The notes beneath the pieces were generated by a model. It was not told the origin of the DNA. It saw only the letters and a program-made list of their open reading frames with translations, and made no database searches. This document shows positions 53,434-64,000 of a stretch of DNA of 64,000 bases, one piece after another. Positions within the stretch are counted from its first letter, which is position 1, and every line of letters starts with the position of its first letter. This DNA comes from Nitrospiraceae bacterium (lineage in GTDB: Bacteria > Nitrospirota > Nitrospiria > Nitrospirales > Nitrospiraceae), in assembly GCA_050246315.1 (NCBI GenBank), contig JBFWWG010000005.1, positions 160,001 through 224,000 on the forward strand, read 5' to 3'. Made by a program: the position numbers and the translations under genes.

Positions 53434-54804
53434 TCAGCTCGTTCGCATTCGTCCGTTGTCGATGACCCGAAGCAACCCGCCGCCCGCTGTGATCCTGACG
53501 GCAGGTTCGGAATCTTGGATGGCCTTCTTGAGCGCGGGAATTACCGCACGTCCGCCGACACGGCCCAGGGCGCGGGCTGCGGCCAATCGAGGTTGCGGTT
53601 GCGGATCGCGCAGCATCTGGTCAAGCAGAGGGATCGCCTGCGTGTAGCCGTTGACGGCAAGCGATTGTGCCACGGCAGCCCGCACTTGCGGAGCCGCATG
53701 TTTGGCCAAGTGTGCAGCCGTGAACAGAACGTCCTGATCTCCCGCGCGCACCAATCCCTCTAAGGCGCTGGCCCGTACGAAGTCGTCGGCATCCCGCAAG
53801 AGTGGCTGCAGCAGCGACCGGATATGAGGGCCGCCCAAGCGGCCGGCGCTCGTCGCCGCAATCGCTCGAACCCGAGGGTCCTCATCGGCCAGCGCATGCG
53901 AGAGCGCGGAGAGTCCAGACATCTGCCCGAACTCGCCGAGCGCACCTGCTGCGAATGCTCGAACGGAGGCCTCGGGATCATACACCGCCTGGGTGAGTAA
54001 GGACAGTGTGGCCGGTCGTTTCAGACGACCGAGAACACCCAGTGCCGCCATACGGATCTCGGGGTCGGGATACGTCGCTGCAGCCAGGACATCTGCCGTC
54101 ATGTCTTCTCGGCCCAGCCGGATCAAGGCTCCAGCGGCAAATACCGATTCCGGACCTTCATCGCGCCGAGCGATTTCAACCAGGCGATCACGAACGGAGG
54201 TGACGCCAAGCTCGCCCAATGAGGTCATGGCGGCGATCCGAACCGAAGGGGCGCGGTCGTCGAGGGCTCTGATCAACGTTCCGGCTCGCGATGTCAATTT
54301 CGTGCGTCCGATGGCCTCGGCTGCCTTCGCGCGAATGACCACGGACGGATCCAGAAGGCTGTCTTCCAGCAACGGGCCGAATTCTTTGGTGGAGGACTCG
54401 GCCACGACGGCGAAGGCGGCGAGCCGGATATGTTCCTGCGAGTCGCGCATCCGGCTGGTGACCGTGGACCAGGCGATCTCGTGCAGCAAAGCAAGATCGT
54501 CAGTGGAGCCTTCCGGGATCAACTGTTGGTACAGCGGCCACGCGTCTTCCGGACGTCCCAGTCGGGCATAGCTGCGCAGGGCCAGTCGAGACAGGTCCGG
54601 AGGGGGGGATTGACCACCATCTGATCGTGCGGCTTGATACAACCGAATCACCCGATCATATTCGCCTGCGTCGAATGCTTGTGCGGCGGGACTCGCCGTC
54701 TGTGCATGAGGGGAGGATCGTGCTTTCGCCGATACAGAAACAACCTGGTGGGAAACTGAGGCCAGGCACAGGAGAGACAGGATGAGCGAATTCAGGGACA
54801 GCAT
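53434..54804 (-). CDS. Exported HEAT repeat protein
   Basis: Signal peptide, TPR-like start, about 10 HEAT repeats. Confidence 0.88.
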   Translation of the reverse strand: MLSLNSLILSLLCLASVSHQVVSVSAKARSSPHAQTASPAAQAFDAGEYDRVIRLYQAARSDGGQSPPPDLSRLALRSYARLGRPEDAWPLYQQLIPEGSTDDLALLHEIAWSTVTSRMRDSQEHIRLAAFAVVAESSTKEFGPLLEDSLLDPSVVIRAKAAEAIGRTKLTSRAGTLIRALDDRAPSVRIAAMTSLGELGVTSVRDRLVEIARRDEGPESVFAAGALIRLGREDMTADVLAAATYPDPEIRMAALGVLGRLKRPATLSLLTQAVYDPEASVRAFAAGALGEFGQMSGLSALSHALADEDPRVRAIAATSAGRLGGPHIRSLLQPLLRDADDFVRASALEGLVRAGDQDVLFTAAHLAKHAAPQVRAAVAQSLAVNGYTQAIPLLDQMLRDPQPQPRLAAARALGRVGGRAVIPALKKAIQDSEPAVRITAGGGLLRVIDNGRMRTS

Positions 54805-54896
54805 AGTCGCCCAGGTTTTGAGGAGATACCGACGGCGGCGCGGAGATCGAGCGAGCGGAACCGGCTTCCGGCTCCGTCACCCATGCGTCGTTCGTC

Positions 54897-57032
54897 CTAC
54901 CATGAAGAGGGAGCTTTCGTCGAGGCTGGAGCGTACACGAGATCCATGTACTCTTTTACCATCCGCCTGGCGCTGAATCGGGGCGCGTTGGTCCGGATCG
55001 ACTGTTTGACCACCTGGAGCCATGCACGAGGGACCCCATCGAGATCCCGCTGGTAATAGAGCGGAATTACTTCCTCTTCTAACAGGCGGTACAGTTCCTT
55101 ACTGTCGAGGTCATCTTCCACCGTCGGGTCCTGCAGATGACTGGATGAGGGAATGCCCCATCCGTTGCTACCGTCGTAGCCTTCCTGCCACCAGCCGTCC
55201 AGCACGCTGAGATGAAGGACTCCGTTGAGCGTGGCCTTCTGACCGCTGGTGCCGCTGGCTTCCATCGGGGCGCGCGGAGTGTTGAGCCACACGTCCACTC
55301 CCTGCACCAGATATTTGGCCATGTGCATGTCGTAGTTCTCAAGGAAAGCGATATGGCCGGCCAGCTTGTGGTCGTGACAATAGGACAAGACCTGATGGAT
55401 AAATTGACGGCCGGGTTCGTCTGCGGGATGAGCTTTGCCGGCAAAGACGATCTGGACTGGCCGCCATCGGTCATGGAGCAGGCGGCGCAGCCGGTCCAGG
55501 TCTCGGAAGAGCAAGGTGGCCCGCTTGTAGGTCGCAAACCTGCGGGCAAATCCGATCGTGAGGGCTTCCGGGTCCAACATCGTACCGCGGGAGAGGACTT
55601 GAGAGGCGAGCAGGCGGCCCTCGGCCCATCCACCTCTCGCCCGCTCTCGGATGAAGGACATCAGCTTCCGCTTCATGAATTGCCGGACACCCCAGAGTTC
55701 CGCGTCGGGAATGTCCGGCACCCGTTGCCAGATAGCCGGATCGTCCGATCGATCCACCCAATCAGGTCCCAAGTATTTTCCATAGAGTTGATGGAGCTCC
55801 GCCGCAATCCAGGTCGGGACATGCACGCCGTTGGTGAGACTGCGGATCGGGACCAGCTCTTCCGATAGGCCCGGCCACAGACTCTGCCACATTTGACGCG
55901 TGACGCGCCCGTGCTCGCGGCTGACGCCGTTCACATGCGCGGACAGACGCATCGTCAGCGCCGTCATGTTGAAGCCGGCTTCGGGATGGTCCGGGTGCTC
56001 GCCCAGTCGGAAGAACGCCGATCGGGTCAGTCCAAGCTGATCCCAGTAACCGTTGAAATATCGCTCCATCAGGTCCAACGGAAAGACATCGTGACCGGCG
56101 GGAACCGGCGTATGGGTGGTGAAAACCGTGCTGTGTCGGACCGCCTCCACAGCTTCACTGTGGGTGAGACCGGCGCGCACGTGTTCGCGCAGACGCTCCA
56201 GGGTCAGAAAGGCCGAATGGCCTTCGTTCGCATGCCACACGGTCGGATTGTGACCGAGGGCACGCAGGGCGCGGACTCCGCCGAGGCCGAGCAGGATCTC
56301 CTGACACAGTCGCATTTCCTGCCCTCCGCCATAGAGACGGGCCGACAGCCCTCGATCCTCCGGAGCGTTGTTCGGGACGTCCGTATCCAGCAGGTAAATG
56401 GGAATTCTCCCGATCTGCACTTTCCACACGGTCGCCGAAACCTGGCGGCCGCCCATTTCCACACTGATGTGGCAAGGGCTCCCTTCCGGTGTGAGGGCCG
56501 GATTGATAGGGGACTCGTCCCGGTTGAACGGCGCATATTCCGCTTCCTGCCAGCCATCAGGCGTGATGGACTGCCGGAAATAGCCTTGCTGATACATGAA
56601 CCCCAGGCCGATCAACGGCAGACCAAGATCACTGGCTTCTTTGCAGTGGTCACCTGCGAGGATTCCAAGCCCGCCGCTGTAAATCGGAATGGAGTTGTGG
56701 AATCCGAACTCGGCCGACATGTAGGCGACTTGAAAATTGGTCATGGTCGCATAACGGGTCGCGAACCAGGTCTGGCGATCCGAGCGGTATTCATCGAAGG
56801 CCTTGATGACGGCGGAATACTGCCGGGCGAATCCGGGATCGGCGGCCAGCGCGGTCAGCCGCTCGGGGTTGACGCTTTGGAGCAGAAGCACCGGGTTGTG
56901 GTGGCAGTGAAACCACAGGACGGGATCGATGGCTTCGAAGAGCCAGCGCGCGTCCAGGCGCCAACTCCACCAGGGGTTTTGGGCAAGATCATGCAGCCGA
57001 GCGATCGAATGGGGAAGACGGTGGACGGACAT
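54897..57032 (-). CDS. glgP: Alpha-glucan (glycogen/maltodextrin) phosphorylase
   Basis: YSGGLG, HANEGH, TTHTPVPAGHD, ARRFATYKR, EASGTSGQK (PLP lysine). Confidence 0.96.
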   Translation of the reverse strand: MSVHRLPHSIARLHDLAQNPWWSWRLDARWLFEAIDPVLWFHCHHNPVLLLQSVNPERLTALAADPGFARQYSAVIKAFDEYRSDRQTWFATRYATMTNFQVAYMSAEFGFHNSIPIYSGGLGILAGDHCKEASDLGLPLIGLGFMYQQGYFRQSITPDGWQEAEYAPFNRDESPINPALTPEGSPCHISVEMGGRQVSATVWKVQIGRIPIYLLDTDVPNNAPEDRGLSARLYGGGQEMRLCQEILLGLGGVRALRALGHNPTVWHANEGHSAFLTLERLREHVRAGLTHSEAVEAVRHSTVFTTHTPVPAGHDVFPLDLMERYFNGYWDQLGLTRSAFFRLGEHPDHPEAGFNMTALTMRLSAHVNGVSREHGRVTRQMWQSLWPGLSEELVPIRSLTNGVHVPTWIAAELHQLYGKYLGPDWVDRSDDPAIWQRVPDIPDAELWGVRQFMKRKLMSFIRERARGGWAEGRLLASQVLSRGTMLDPEALTIGFARRFATYKRATLLFRDLDRLRRLLHDRWRPVQIVFAGKAHPADEPGRQFIHQVLSYCHDHKLAGHIAFLENYDMHMAKYLVQGVDVWLNTPRAPMEASGTSGQKATLNGVLHLSVLDGWWQEGYDGSNGWGIPSSSHLQDPTVEDDLDSKELYRLLEEEVIPLYYQRDLDGVPRAWLQVVKQSIRTNAPRFSARRMVKEYMDLVYAPASTKAPSSW

Positions 57033-57056
57033 GCGTGTTATGCCAACCCCTCCATA

Positions 57057-57893
57057 TCAGGCATGTCCCGCCTCATGCCAGGTGGCCCAATTGTCCGAAA
57101 AGGCGACCGCAGCGTAGCGCTCCCCGAGGATCTTGGTCACCCGGTTCATCAGGCGTGTGAGTTCCTGTGCTTCCTGGGCCCTGAGGTCGCGACGGAATCG
57201 GGGATGCAAACCCCAACGGGTCTCCACCTCTTCTCCCGTGATGGCGGCGACGACACTCACAAGTTTAATCTCATGGCCGGTGCTCGACGACTGAGACGGA
57301 CGTTCAGCCTGGCCCACAGCGGCCGCGGGCGCCGCCGGTTGCTGATCCGGTTGCCGGCCTTCGAAGAGCGCGTTCATGGCCGGAATGACTGCACCGGCGC
57401 ACAGCATCGCGGAAGCCGCCACCTGGCCGTTCGACGGATCACCCATCGCCTGCGCAATTCGGACGCCGAACTGCGATAGCATCTCCTGCTTCTGTTTCGA
57501 GTCCTCGGTCACCATGAACTTGAACGGTTCGTACAGGCGGCGGCTCTCGGCCACGGTCAAGCCCACGGTCATGACGAGTTCCATGGGATCGCTGGTGTTG
57601 CTGATGGCTTGAGCGAACAAGGTTTTCAGTTGATAGCTGACCGCATCTTCCAATTGATTCATGAATTCCGGCTGGTCTGCCAGAGGCACGTGCATGGCGG
57701 ACAAACGATCCGCCAGATTGAACAGAACCTTGAGAAACTCCAGATAGACTTCCCACTCCTCTTTGCGTTTCAGCTTCAGAGCACGATCGGGTGCACTTTT
57801 CTTCGCAAGTGTGACCGATTCACCGGCAATCGCCAGCATGAGTTCGGCCAAGGCTCGAATTCTGTCACGATATTGGACCAACGCCGTGGGCAC
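57057..57893 (-). CDS. Hypothetical protein
   Basis: 278 aa, protein-like; co-oriented with glgP. Confidence 0.75.
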   Translation of the reverse strand: MPTALVQYRDRIRALAELMLAIAGESVTLAKKSAPDRALKLKRKEEWEVYLEFLKVLFNLADRLSAMHVPLADQPEFMNQLEDAVSYQLKTLFAQAISNTSDPMELVMTVGLTVAESRRLYEPFKFMVTEDSKQKQEMLSQFGVRIAQAMGDPSNGQVAASAMLCAGAVIPAMNALFEGRQPDQQPAAPAAAVGQAERPSQSSSTGHEIKLVSVVAAITGEEVETRWGLHPRFRRDLRAQEAQELTRLMNRVTKILGERYAAVAFSDNWATWHEAGHA

Positions 57894-58105
57894 CGCGGTT
57901 CCTCAAATCGCAGTATTATAGCCGACTCATGCGTGACCTCCAAGGTATTTAATATCACGGCGGCCAAGCAGAGTCGGTCGTGCTGGTGAAGGAACGCGCA
58001 ATCGCGCATGGCCAGGTGCATTGCGGTCAAGCGGACGGTCATGGTATACAGCGCGAAGTAGAACGCGATTCTCTCGCGAACGATTGCAACCTTCTCCCCT
58101 GCGCT

Positions 58106-60127
58106 GTGAACTCTGACGTCAAGCCCTACATCCTTCGCCGGAGCGAGGAGCTGGCGGCGCGGCGGCTGTCGCTTGATTACGAGCGGGCTCTCAATCCACA
58201 ACAACTTGCGGCGGTGAAGGCGGTTGACGGCCCGGCTCTGGTGATTGCCGGCGCCGGCAGTGGCAAAACCCGCACGCTGATCTACCGGCTTGCCTATCTG
58301 ATCGATTCCGGGGCGGATCCGGCCTCGATTCTGTTGATGACCTTCACCCGCAAGGCGGCTCAAGAGATGGTGGAACGCGCGAGCGCGCTCATCGGCCCTG
58401 GGGCGGAGCGCGTCTGGGGCGGCACCTTCCACTCGATCGCCAATTCGTTGCTTCGGCGGTATGGCACGGCCATTGGAATCGGCCATGGCTTCACGATACT
58501 TGACCGCAGCGATGCCGAAGATCTCGTGAACCTCGTTCGTGGCCAGCTCGGCTTGGGCGACAAGGATAAACGGTTCCCTCGCAAGGGGACCATCGCCGAG
58601 ATCTTCAGCAAGTGTGAGAATACCCTTCAGTCGATCGAAGATGTGGTTTTAGATGAGTTTTCTCATTTCAGCGAGTTCTTGGAAGACCTGATCAAACTCA
58701 AGGAGGCGTACGACACGCAAAAACAGCAACGCCAGTTGCTCGACTACGACGATCTGCTGGTCAAGTTGTCCGGGTTGTTGGCGGAGACCGAGGGGGTGGG
58801 CGGCAAGGTAACGGAGCAGTTCCGCTACATTTTGGTCGACGAGTATCAGGATACCAATCGATTGCAGGCGCAGGTGATTCGCCGGCTGGCGCGCGGGCAC
58901 CACAATGTCATGGTGGTGGGAGACGATTCGCAGTCTATCTATGCCTTCCGTGGCGCCACATTCCGCAACATCATGGATTTTCCGCAGCTCTTTCCCGGTG
59001 CGCAGATCTATAAGCTCGAAGAAAACTACCGCAGCACCCAGCCGGTCCTCCACTTGGCGAACGCCGTCATTCAACAGGCCGCTGAGAAGTACGAGAAGAG
59101 GCTGTTCACACGGCAATTGGACGGGCCGCCGCCGGTCCTGGTCGAGGCAGGAAGCGAAAATGCCCAATCGCGTTTCGTGGTCCAAAAGATCCTGGAGCTG
59201 TGCGAAGAAGGCGTACCGCTCAACGAGGTCGCTGTGCTGTTTCGCTCGGGCTTTCACTCCTTTGATCTGGAACTGGAGCTCTCACGGCGCAATGTGCCGT
59301 TTATCAAACGCGGCGGCATCAAATTCATTGAAGCCGCGCATGTGAAGGATCTGTTGGCGCACTTGCGCGTTGTCCAGAATCCGTTTGATGTCGTGAGCTG
59401 GAACCGCGTGTTGCTCTTGATCGAGGGCGTGGGACCCAAGAAGGCGCGCGAGCTGATTGCCGGGATCATGAAGACCGACCGGGCTTGGGACGTCCTGCGG
59501 GCCGCAGGAGGGCGTTCGGGTGGCGGGTTGCGGGAGCTTGCCGCGATGCTGGAGGAATTGGCCAGGAAACCATTGGAGCAGGTCGGGGATGTCGTGGGAT
59601 GCACGTATGAGTACTACCTTCCCCTGTTGAAGCAACAGTACGACGACTACCCGAAGCGGATGCGAGATCTCGAACAATTGCACGCCATGGCTGGCCGCTA
59701 CCAGGCGTTGGAAGCATTTCTCGCCGACCTTGCGCTGGAACCGCCGGAAGGGGCGACCAGAGGTCTGAGCGGAGGAGACGAGCAGGATGAGGCTCTCATT
59801 CTTTCAACAATCCATTCGGCCAAGGGATTGGAATGGCGGAGCGTGTTCGTCATTTGGGTGGCGGATGGACGATTTCCCTCGATCTATTCGGCAACGAGCG
59901 AGGAGGACCTCGAGGAGGAGCGGCGTCTGTTTTATGTCGCGGTGACGCGAGCCAAGCGGCATCTCTATCTCACTTATCCGACCAACGTGTACGAGCGCAG
60001 CAGTGGATTTGTCTTCTCTCGGCCTTCGCGCTTTCTCGACGACCTCCCGCCTCATCTGTGGGAAACGTGGAAACTCCAGGAAGAAGACTCACCGGAGTGG
60101 GGTACGCGCACCCAGTCATCGTGGTAA
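58106..60127 (+). CDS. ATP-dependent DNA helicase, UvrD/PcrA/Rep family
   Basis: AGAGSGKT, DEYQD, GDDSQSIY, ENYRS, TIHSAKGLE, YVAVTRA; start uncertain. Confidence 0.95.
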   Translation: MNSDVKPYILRRSEELAARRLSLDYERALNPQQLAAVKAVDGPALVIAGAGSGKTRTLIYRLAYLIDSGADPASILLMTFTRKAAQEMVERASALIGPGAERVWGGTFHSIANSLLRRYGTAIGIGHGFTILDRSDAEDLVNLVRGQLGLGDKDKRFPRKGTIAEIFSKCENTLQSIEDVVLDEFSHFSEFLEDLIKLKEAYDTQKQQRQLLDYDDLLVKLSGLLAETEGVGGKVTEQFRYILVDEYQDTNRLQAQVIRRLARGHHNVMVVGDDSQSIYAFRGATFRNIMDFPQLFPGAQIYKLEENYRSTQPVLHLANAVIQQAAEKYEKRLFTRQLDGPPPVLVEAGSENAQSRFVVQKILELCEEGVPLNEVAVLFRSGFHSFDLELELSRRNVPFIKRGGIKFIEAAHVKDLLAHLRVVQNPFDVVSWNRVLLLIEGVGPKKARELIAGIMKTDRAWDVLRAAGGRSGGGLRELAAMLEELARKPLEQVGDVVGCTYEYYLPLLKQQYDDYPKRMRDLEQLHAMAGRYQALEAFLADLALEPPEGATRGLSGGDEQDEALILSTIHSAKGLEWRSVFVIWVADGRFPSIYSATSEEDLEEERRLFYVAVTRAKRHLYLTYPTNVYERSSGFVFSRPSRFLDDLPPHLWETWKLQEEDSPEWGTRTQSSW

Positions 60128-60168
60128 GGCGTCGTGTTCGTCCTGTCGGAGAATTATTCAGATCCGGC

Positions 60169-61119
60169 ATGCTGAAACAGGCTGTGTGTGCGGGCGCGGC
60201 TATCCTCATCCTGTCATGGGGAGGGATCAGCCGGTCAGCGCTGGCCCACGCCGAGAGTGACGTGTCTGCTCCGCCCGTTCAGGCTGCATCGGATCCCTGG
60301 GCACAGGTGATTCGTGAGGCTGCTTCCTTGGGCTTGCCCACCGGGTTTCTTCGCGAACTTCCGACTTCCTTCGTGACCATCGAGTTTGAGGATTTGCATA
60401 CCTATGCGGCCGAATACCATCCGGCCGACCATCGCATGGTGCTCAACCGCGCTCTGTCGTTCAATCAGGCGGGGCTGGTTTTGCGGCCGTTGCGAGACCT
60501 GAACCGTCGCGACCTCGGTACGCTCTTTCATGAACTCTTTCACGCCTATCTGGACTATCTGGTGACCATGCCGGCGGCTGATCGAAGCCAAACCGGAGCA
60601 GACCTGCTCCGGTTTGCACAGGATCGACGAGCTTGCCGGTATGCCAAGGTGCTCATCACGCCGATCGTCCAAAGAAAAGGCGCGACCGAGGAGCGTGAGC
60701 TCAGTGAGCAGGAGGCTTGGGAGGCGTTGAATGAAACCTGGGCCGTCGCCATCGGGTGGGCGGTGTGGACCAGGCTTGAAGCTGCCTCAACGGGGAAAGG
60801 AAGGCCGGATAAGACTTCGATGCAACGTGAGTGGTTTAAGCGGATGCAAGCTGCTGAAAGAAGTGGGGAATTGCGTGGATATTACGAGCCGGAAGATGCC
60901 GCTGAACAGGCGTTGACCAAGAAGCGGTACCTCGCGCATGCGTATCGTATCACCGCGGATGAGCTTCGCGCATTGTTGGAGTTGGTGCTGGAAGTGCCGC
61001 GCGAGGTGGCGGCGCAGGCAGCCAAAACCATTGCCGGTGACAAGCCCGGCCCGTTTCCCGGCCGAGACTGTTCGCCCTATCCTCTGCCGTCGGATGTCCA
61101 TTCCAGGGGCGCTCGATAG
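60169..61119 (+). CDS. Exported hypothetical protein with HExxH zincin-like motif
   Basis: Signal peptide ending AHA; LFHELFHAY, downstream EALNE. Confidence 0.7.
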   Translation: MLKQAVCAGAAILILSWGGISRSALAHAESDVSAPPVQAASDPWAQVIREAASLGLPTGFLRELPTSFVTIEFEDLHTYAAEYHPADHRMVLNRALSFNQAGLVLRPLRDLNRRDLGTLFHELFHAYLDYLVTMPAADRSQTGADLLRFAQDRRACRYAKVLITPIVQRKGATEERELSEQEAWEALNETWAVAIGWAVWTRLEAASTGKGRPDKTSMQREWFKRMQAAERSGELRGYYEPEDAAEQALTKKRYLAHAYRITADELRALLELVLEVPREVAAQAAKTIAGDKPGPFPGRDCSPYPLPSDVHSRGAR

Positions 61120-61158
61120 TGGACGAACCCCACCCACACTATTCGTCCGTTGGCCCAC

Positions 61159-61187
61159 TTGACATCTCCGCCTTTCATCAATACAAT
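61159..61187 (+). promoter_or_regulatory. Sigma-70 promoter of the tRNA-tuf operon
   Basis: TTGACA-17 bp-TACAAT followed by a GC-rich discriminator (CGGGCG). Confidence 0.8.
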
Positions 61188-61333
61188 CGGGCGTTTCAAA
61201 AACCAAGCCTTTCCTGCTCAGTGTAATCCAGCCATTCGAAGAAAAGCGGCTGCTACCGTGCAGTGAGGGTGTTTTTGTCTTTGTGTGGTGGTCTGCCTGC
61301 CTCGTGTAGGCGTCATCGTGGTAACGGTTTCAT

Positions 61334-61419
61334 GGTCAGGTACCCAAGTGGCCAACGGGGGCAGACTGTAAATCTGCTGCTTACGAGCTTCCAAGGTTCG
61401 AATCCTTGCCTGACCACCA
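61334..61419 (+). tRNA. tRNA-Tyr (GTA)
   Basis: GGTCAGG...CCTGACC-A-CCA; GCAGA-CT-GTA-AA-TCTGC; long variable arm. Confidence 0.97.
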
Positions 61420-61485
61420 TCACCAAGCTCCGGACGAGCCGGAATTAAGAGCTGCTATCTCCAGAGGTGGTCGAAAAAGATCGAG

Positions 61486-61560
61486 GCGGGCGTAGCTCAG
61501 TGGTAGAGTCCCAGCCTTCCAAGCTGGCTGTCACGGGTTCAAATCCCGTCGCCCGCTCCA
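61486..61560 (+). tRNA. tRNA-Gly (TCC)
   Basis: GCGGGCG...CGCCCGC-T-CCA; CCAGC-CT-TCC-AA-GCTGG. Confidence 0.97.
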
Positions 61561-61689
61561 AAAAGAAGATGTCAAGCGGTTACTCGCGAAACGTCACTCG
61601 TCGGAAAGCGGACCGGCTAGAGCAAGAGGCTAGCGGTTTTTTGTTGTATGGGTATTGACCGTTGACGCATGGCGAATGACAGTGGATGT

Positions 61690-61765
61690 GCCCACGTAGC
61701 TCAGTTGGTAGAGCACGTCCTTGGTAAGGACGAGGTCACGCGTTCGATCCGCGTCGTGGGCTCCA
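61690..61765 (+). tRNA. tRNA-Thr (GGT)
   Basis: GCCCACG...CGTGGGC-T-CCA; CGTCC-TT-GGT-AA-GGACG. Confidence 0.97.
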
Positions 61766-61880
61766 TCCAACCTATGCTCGGACCGGCCGGTTGGGTTCGC
61801 GCACGCGTAGTCGGGTCGGTGTCTGCAGGCGGGACGGAGTCTTAATTTAATCGGCACGAATATTCCAGGGGGAGCAAGCG

Positions 61881-63086
<1,206 letters not shown>

Positions 63087-63173
63087 CAAGACCGTCAATC
63101 ATTATGGGTCGATCGAGTCAGGAAGGTCACGGTGCGATTGACCCTTGACGTGTGACGAATTACGGGGGCTTTC

Positions 63174-63323
63174 ATGCGCGAAATTATTGATCTGGCATGC
63201 ACCGAATGCAAGCGTCGGAACTACTCGACGATGAAGAACAAGAAGAACGACCCGGACCGCCTTGAGTTGAAAAAGTTTTGTCGATCCTGCCGAAAGCACG
63301 TGCCGCACAAGGAAGTGAAGTAA
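63174..63323 (+). CDS. rpmG: 50S ribosomal protein L33 (zinc-binding C+ type)
   Basis: Translated by hand: [49 protein letters not shown] (below the ORF-track cutoff). Confidence 0.97.
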   Translation: MREIIDLACTECKRRNYSTMKNKKNDPDRLELKKFCRSCRKHVPHKEVK

Positions 63324-63395
63324 GTGGTGAGGCTGGGGAGTGCAGGGCGGGAGTGCGCTATGAGCGCTCAGCACTCGTTTCTCAGCATTGAGGAG

Positions 63396-63471
63396 AGGGG
63401 CATGGTGTCAATGGCTAGCACATCGGTCTCCAAAACCGAGAGTCTAGGTTCGAATCCTAGTGCCCCTGCCA
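63396..63471 (+). tRNA. tRNA-Trp (CCA)
   Basis: AGGGGCA...TGCCCCT-G-CCA; TCGGT-CT-CCA-AA-ACCGA; canonical rpmG-trp-secE position. Confidence 0.96.
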
Positions 63472-63553
63472 TCTAGGATCGTCGCTCGTAGGCAGATCAC
63501 TCCAGCACCGGGGCAGGCCGGTTGTCAGGCTGGCGGGAGCGGAAGGGGAGAGC

Positions 63554-63748
63554 GTGTTCAAGAAATTATGGGCGTCGGTGGTCGAGTTTGTGGCGGATGT
63601 TCGAGGCGAGATCAAGAAGATCTCGTTTCCGACCAGGGCTGAGACCATTGGGTCAACCACGGTGGTGATCGTCTTCTGCATTATCATGTCGCTCTATCTG
63701 TCCGTCTTGGATTCATTTCTCGTCTGGCTCGTGAGCAAGATCATCTAG
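63554..63748 (+). CDS. secE: Preprotein translocase subunit SecE
   Basis: EIKKISFPTRAE plus one TM; gene context. Confidence 0.93.
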   Translation: MFKKLWASVVEFVADVRGEIKKISFPTRAETIGSTTVVIVFCIIMSLYLSVLDSFLVWLVSKII

Positions 63749-63832
63749 TCCGGTCATGTCAAGCCCTGCGGACGGAATGGCCGTACCTGCCGGGCAATCG
63801 TAGAGTGAGAGATGCAATGAGGAAGCCAAGCC

Positions 63833-64000
63833 ATGAGTGAGCAAGAGACCGCGACGACACCCAAGCAGTGGTATGTGATTCATACCTATGCGGGATTCGA
63901 AGGTCGGGTGAAAACCAGTCTCATGGAGCGGGCCGGCCAGATGGGTATGACGGAGAAGCTGGGTCAGGTCCTCGTTCCGACGGAAGATGTGATCGAGATC
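63833..64000 (+). CDS. nusG: Transcription factor NusG (3' truncated by window edge)
   Basis: WYVIHTYAGFEGRVK...VLVPTEDVIEI. Confidence 0.95.
   Translation, partial: MSEQETATTPKQWYVIHTYAGFEGRVKTSLMERAGQMGMTEKLGQVLVPTEDVIEI

Noticed and set aside
61190..61333. Extra tRNA-Thr(TGT) expected at the head of the Tyr-Gly-Thr-tuf cluster
   Set aside because: No cloverleaf found between the promoter and tRNA-Tyr.
61417..61800. Repeat units after tRNA-Tyr (CCATCACCAAGCT) and tRNA-Thr (CCATCCAACCT)
   Set aside because: Only the first ~10 nt resemble the CCA|TACCAA junction and the rest of the unit is not recognisable; possible relics but unsupported.

Overview
This 64 kb window is GC-rich chromosomal DNA with mostly housekeeping genes. 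Gene content and style suggest a Nitrospira-like (Nitrospirota) genome; that is an inference, not a database result. It carries rlmD-purM-purN; a porin/FMN-binding/ApbE flavinylation operon; a hybrid kinase-Hpt-diguanylate cyclase signalling cluster; htpX, ald, a sigma-70 factor, apt, a DksA-family gene, queC, malQ and glgP; a GldA/F/G-like ABC module; a UvrD-family helicase; seven tRNAs; and the tuf-rpmG-tRNA-Trp-secE-nusG locus. No integrase, transposase, cas gene or prophage was seen. The most striking signals are non-coding. (1) A dispersed, covarying, multi-stem repeat of about 65 nt (about 18 copies, about 12 clear; 85-100 bp period in arrays). Many copies have a kink-turn-like core. Its 3' end (GGTA|TGG) docks exactly on the CCA of three tRNA genes (antisense) or on the Shine-Dalgarno of two genes (sense); a variant copy abuts a third SD. 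It is also carried inside two different MITE families. (2) A head-to-tail train of four MITE-like elements with different terminal repeats, separated by single CTAG tetramers, between acyP and the sigma factor gene.
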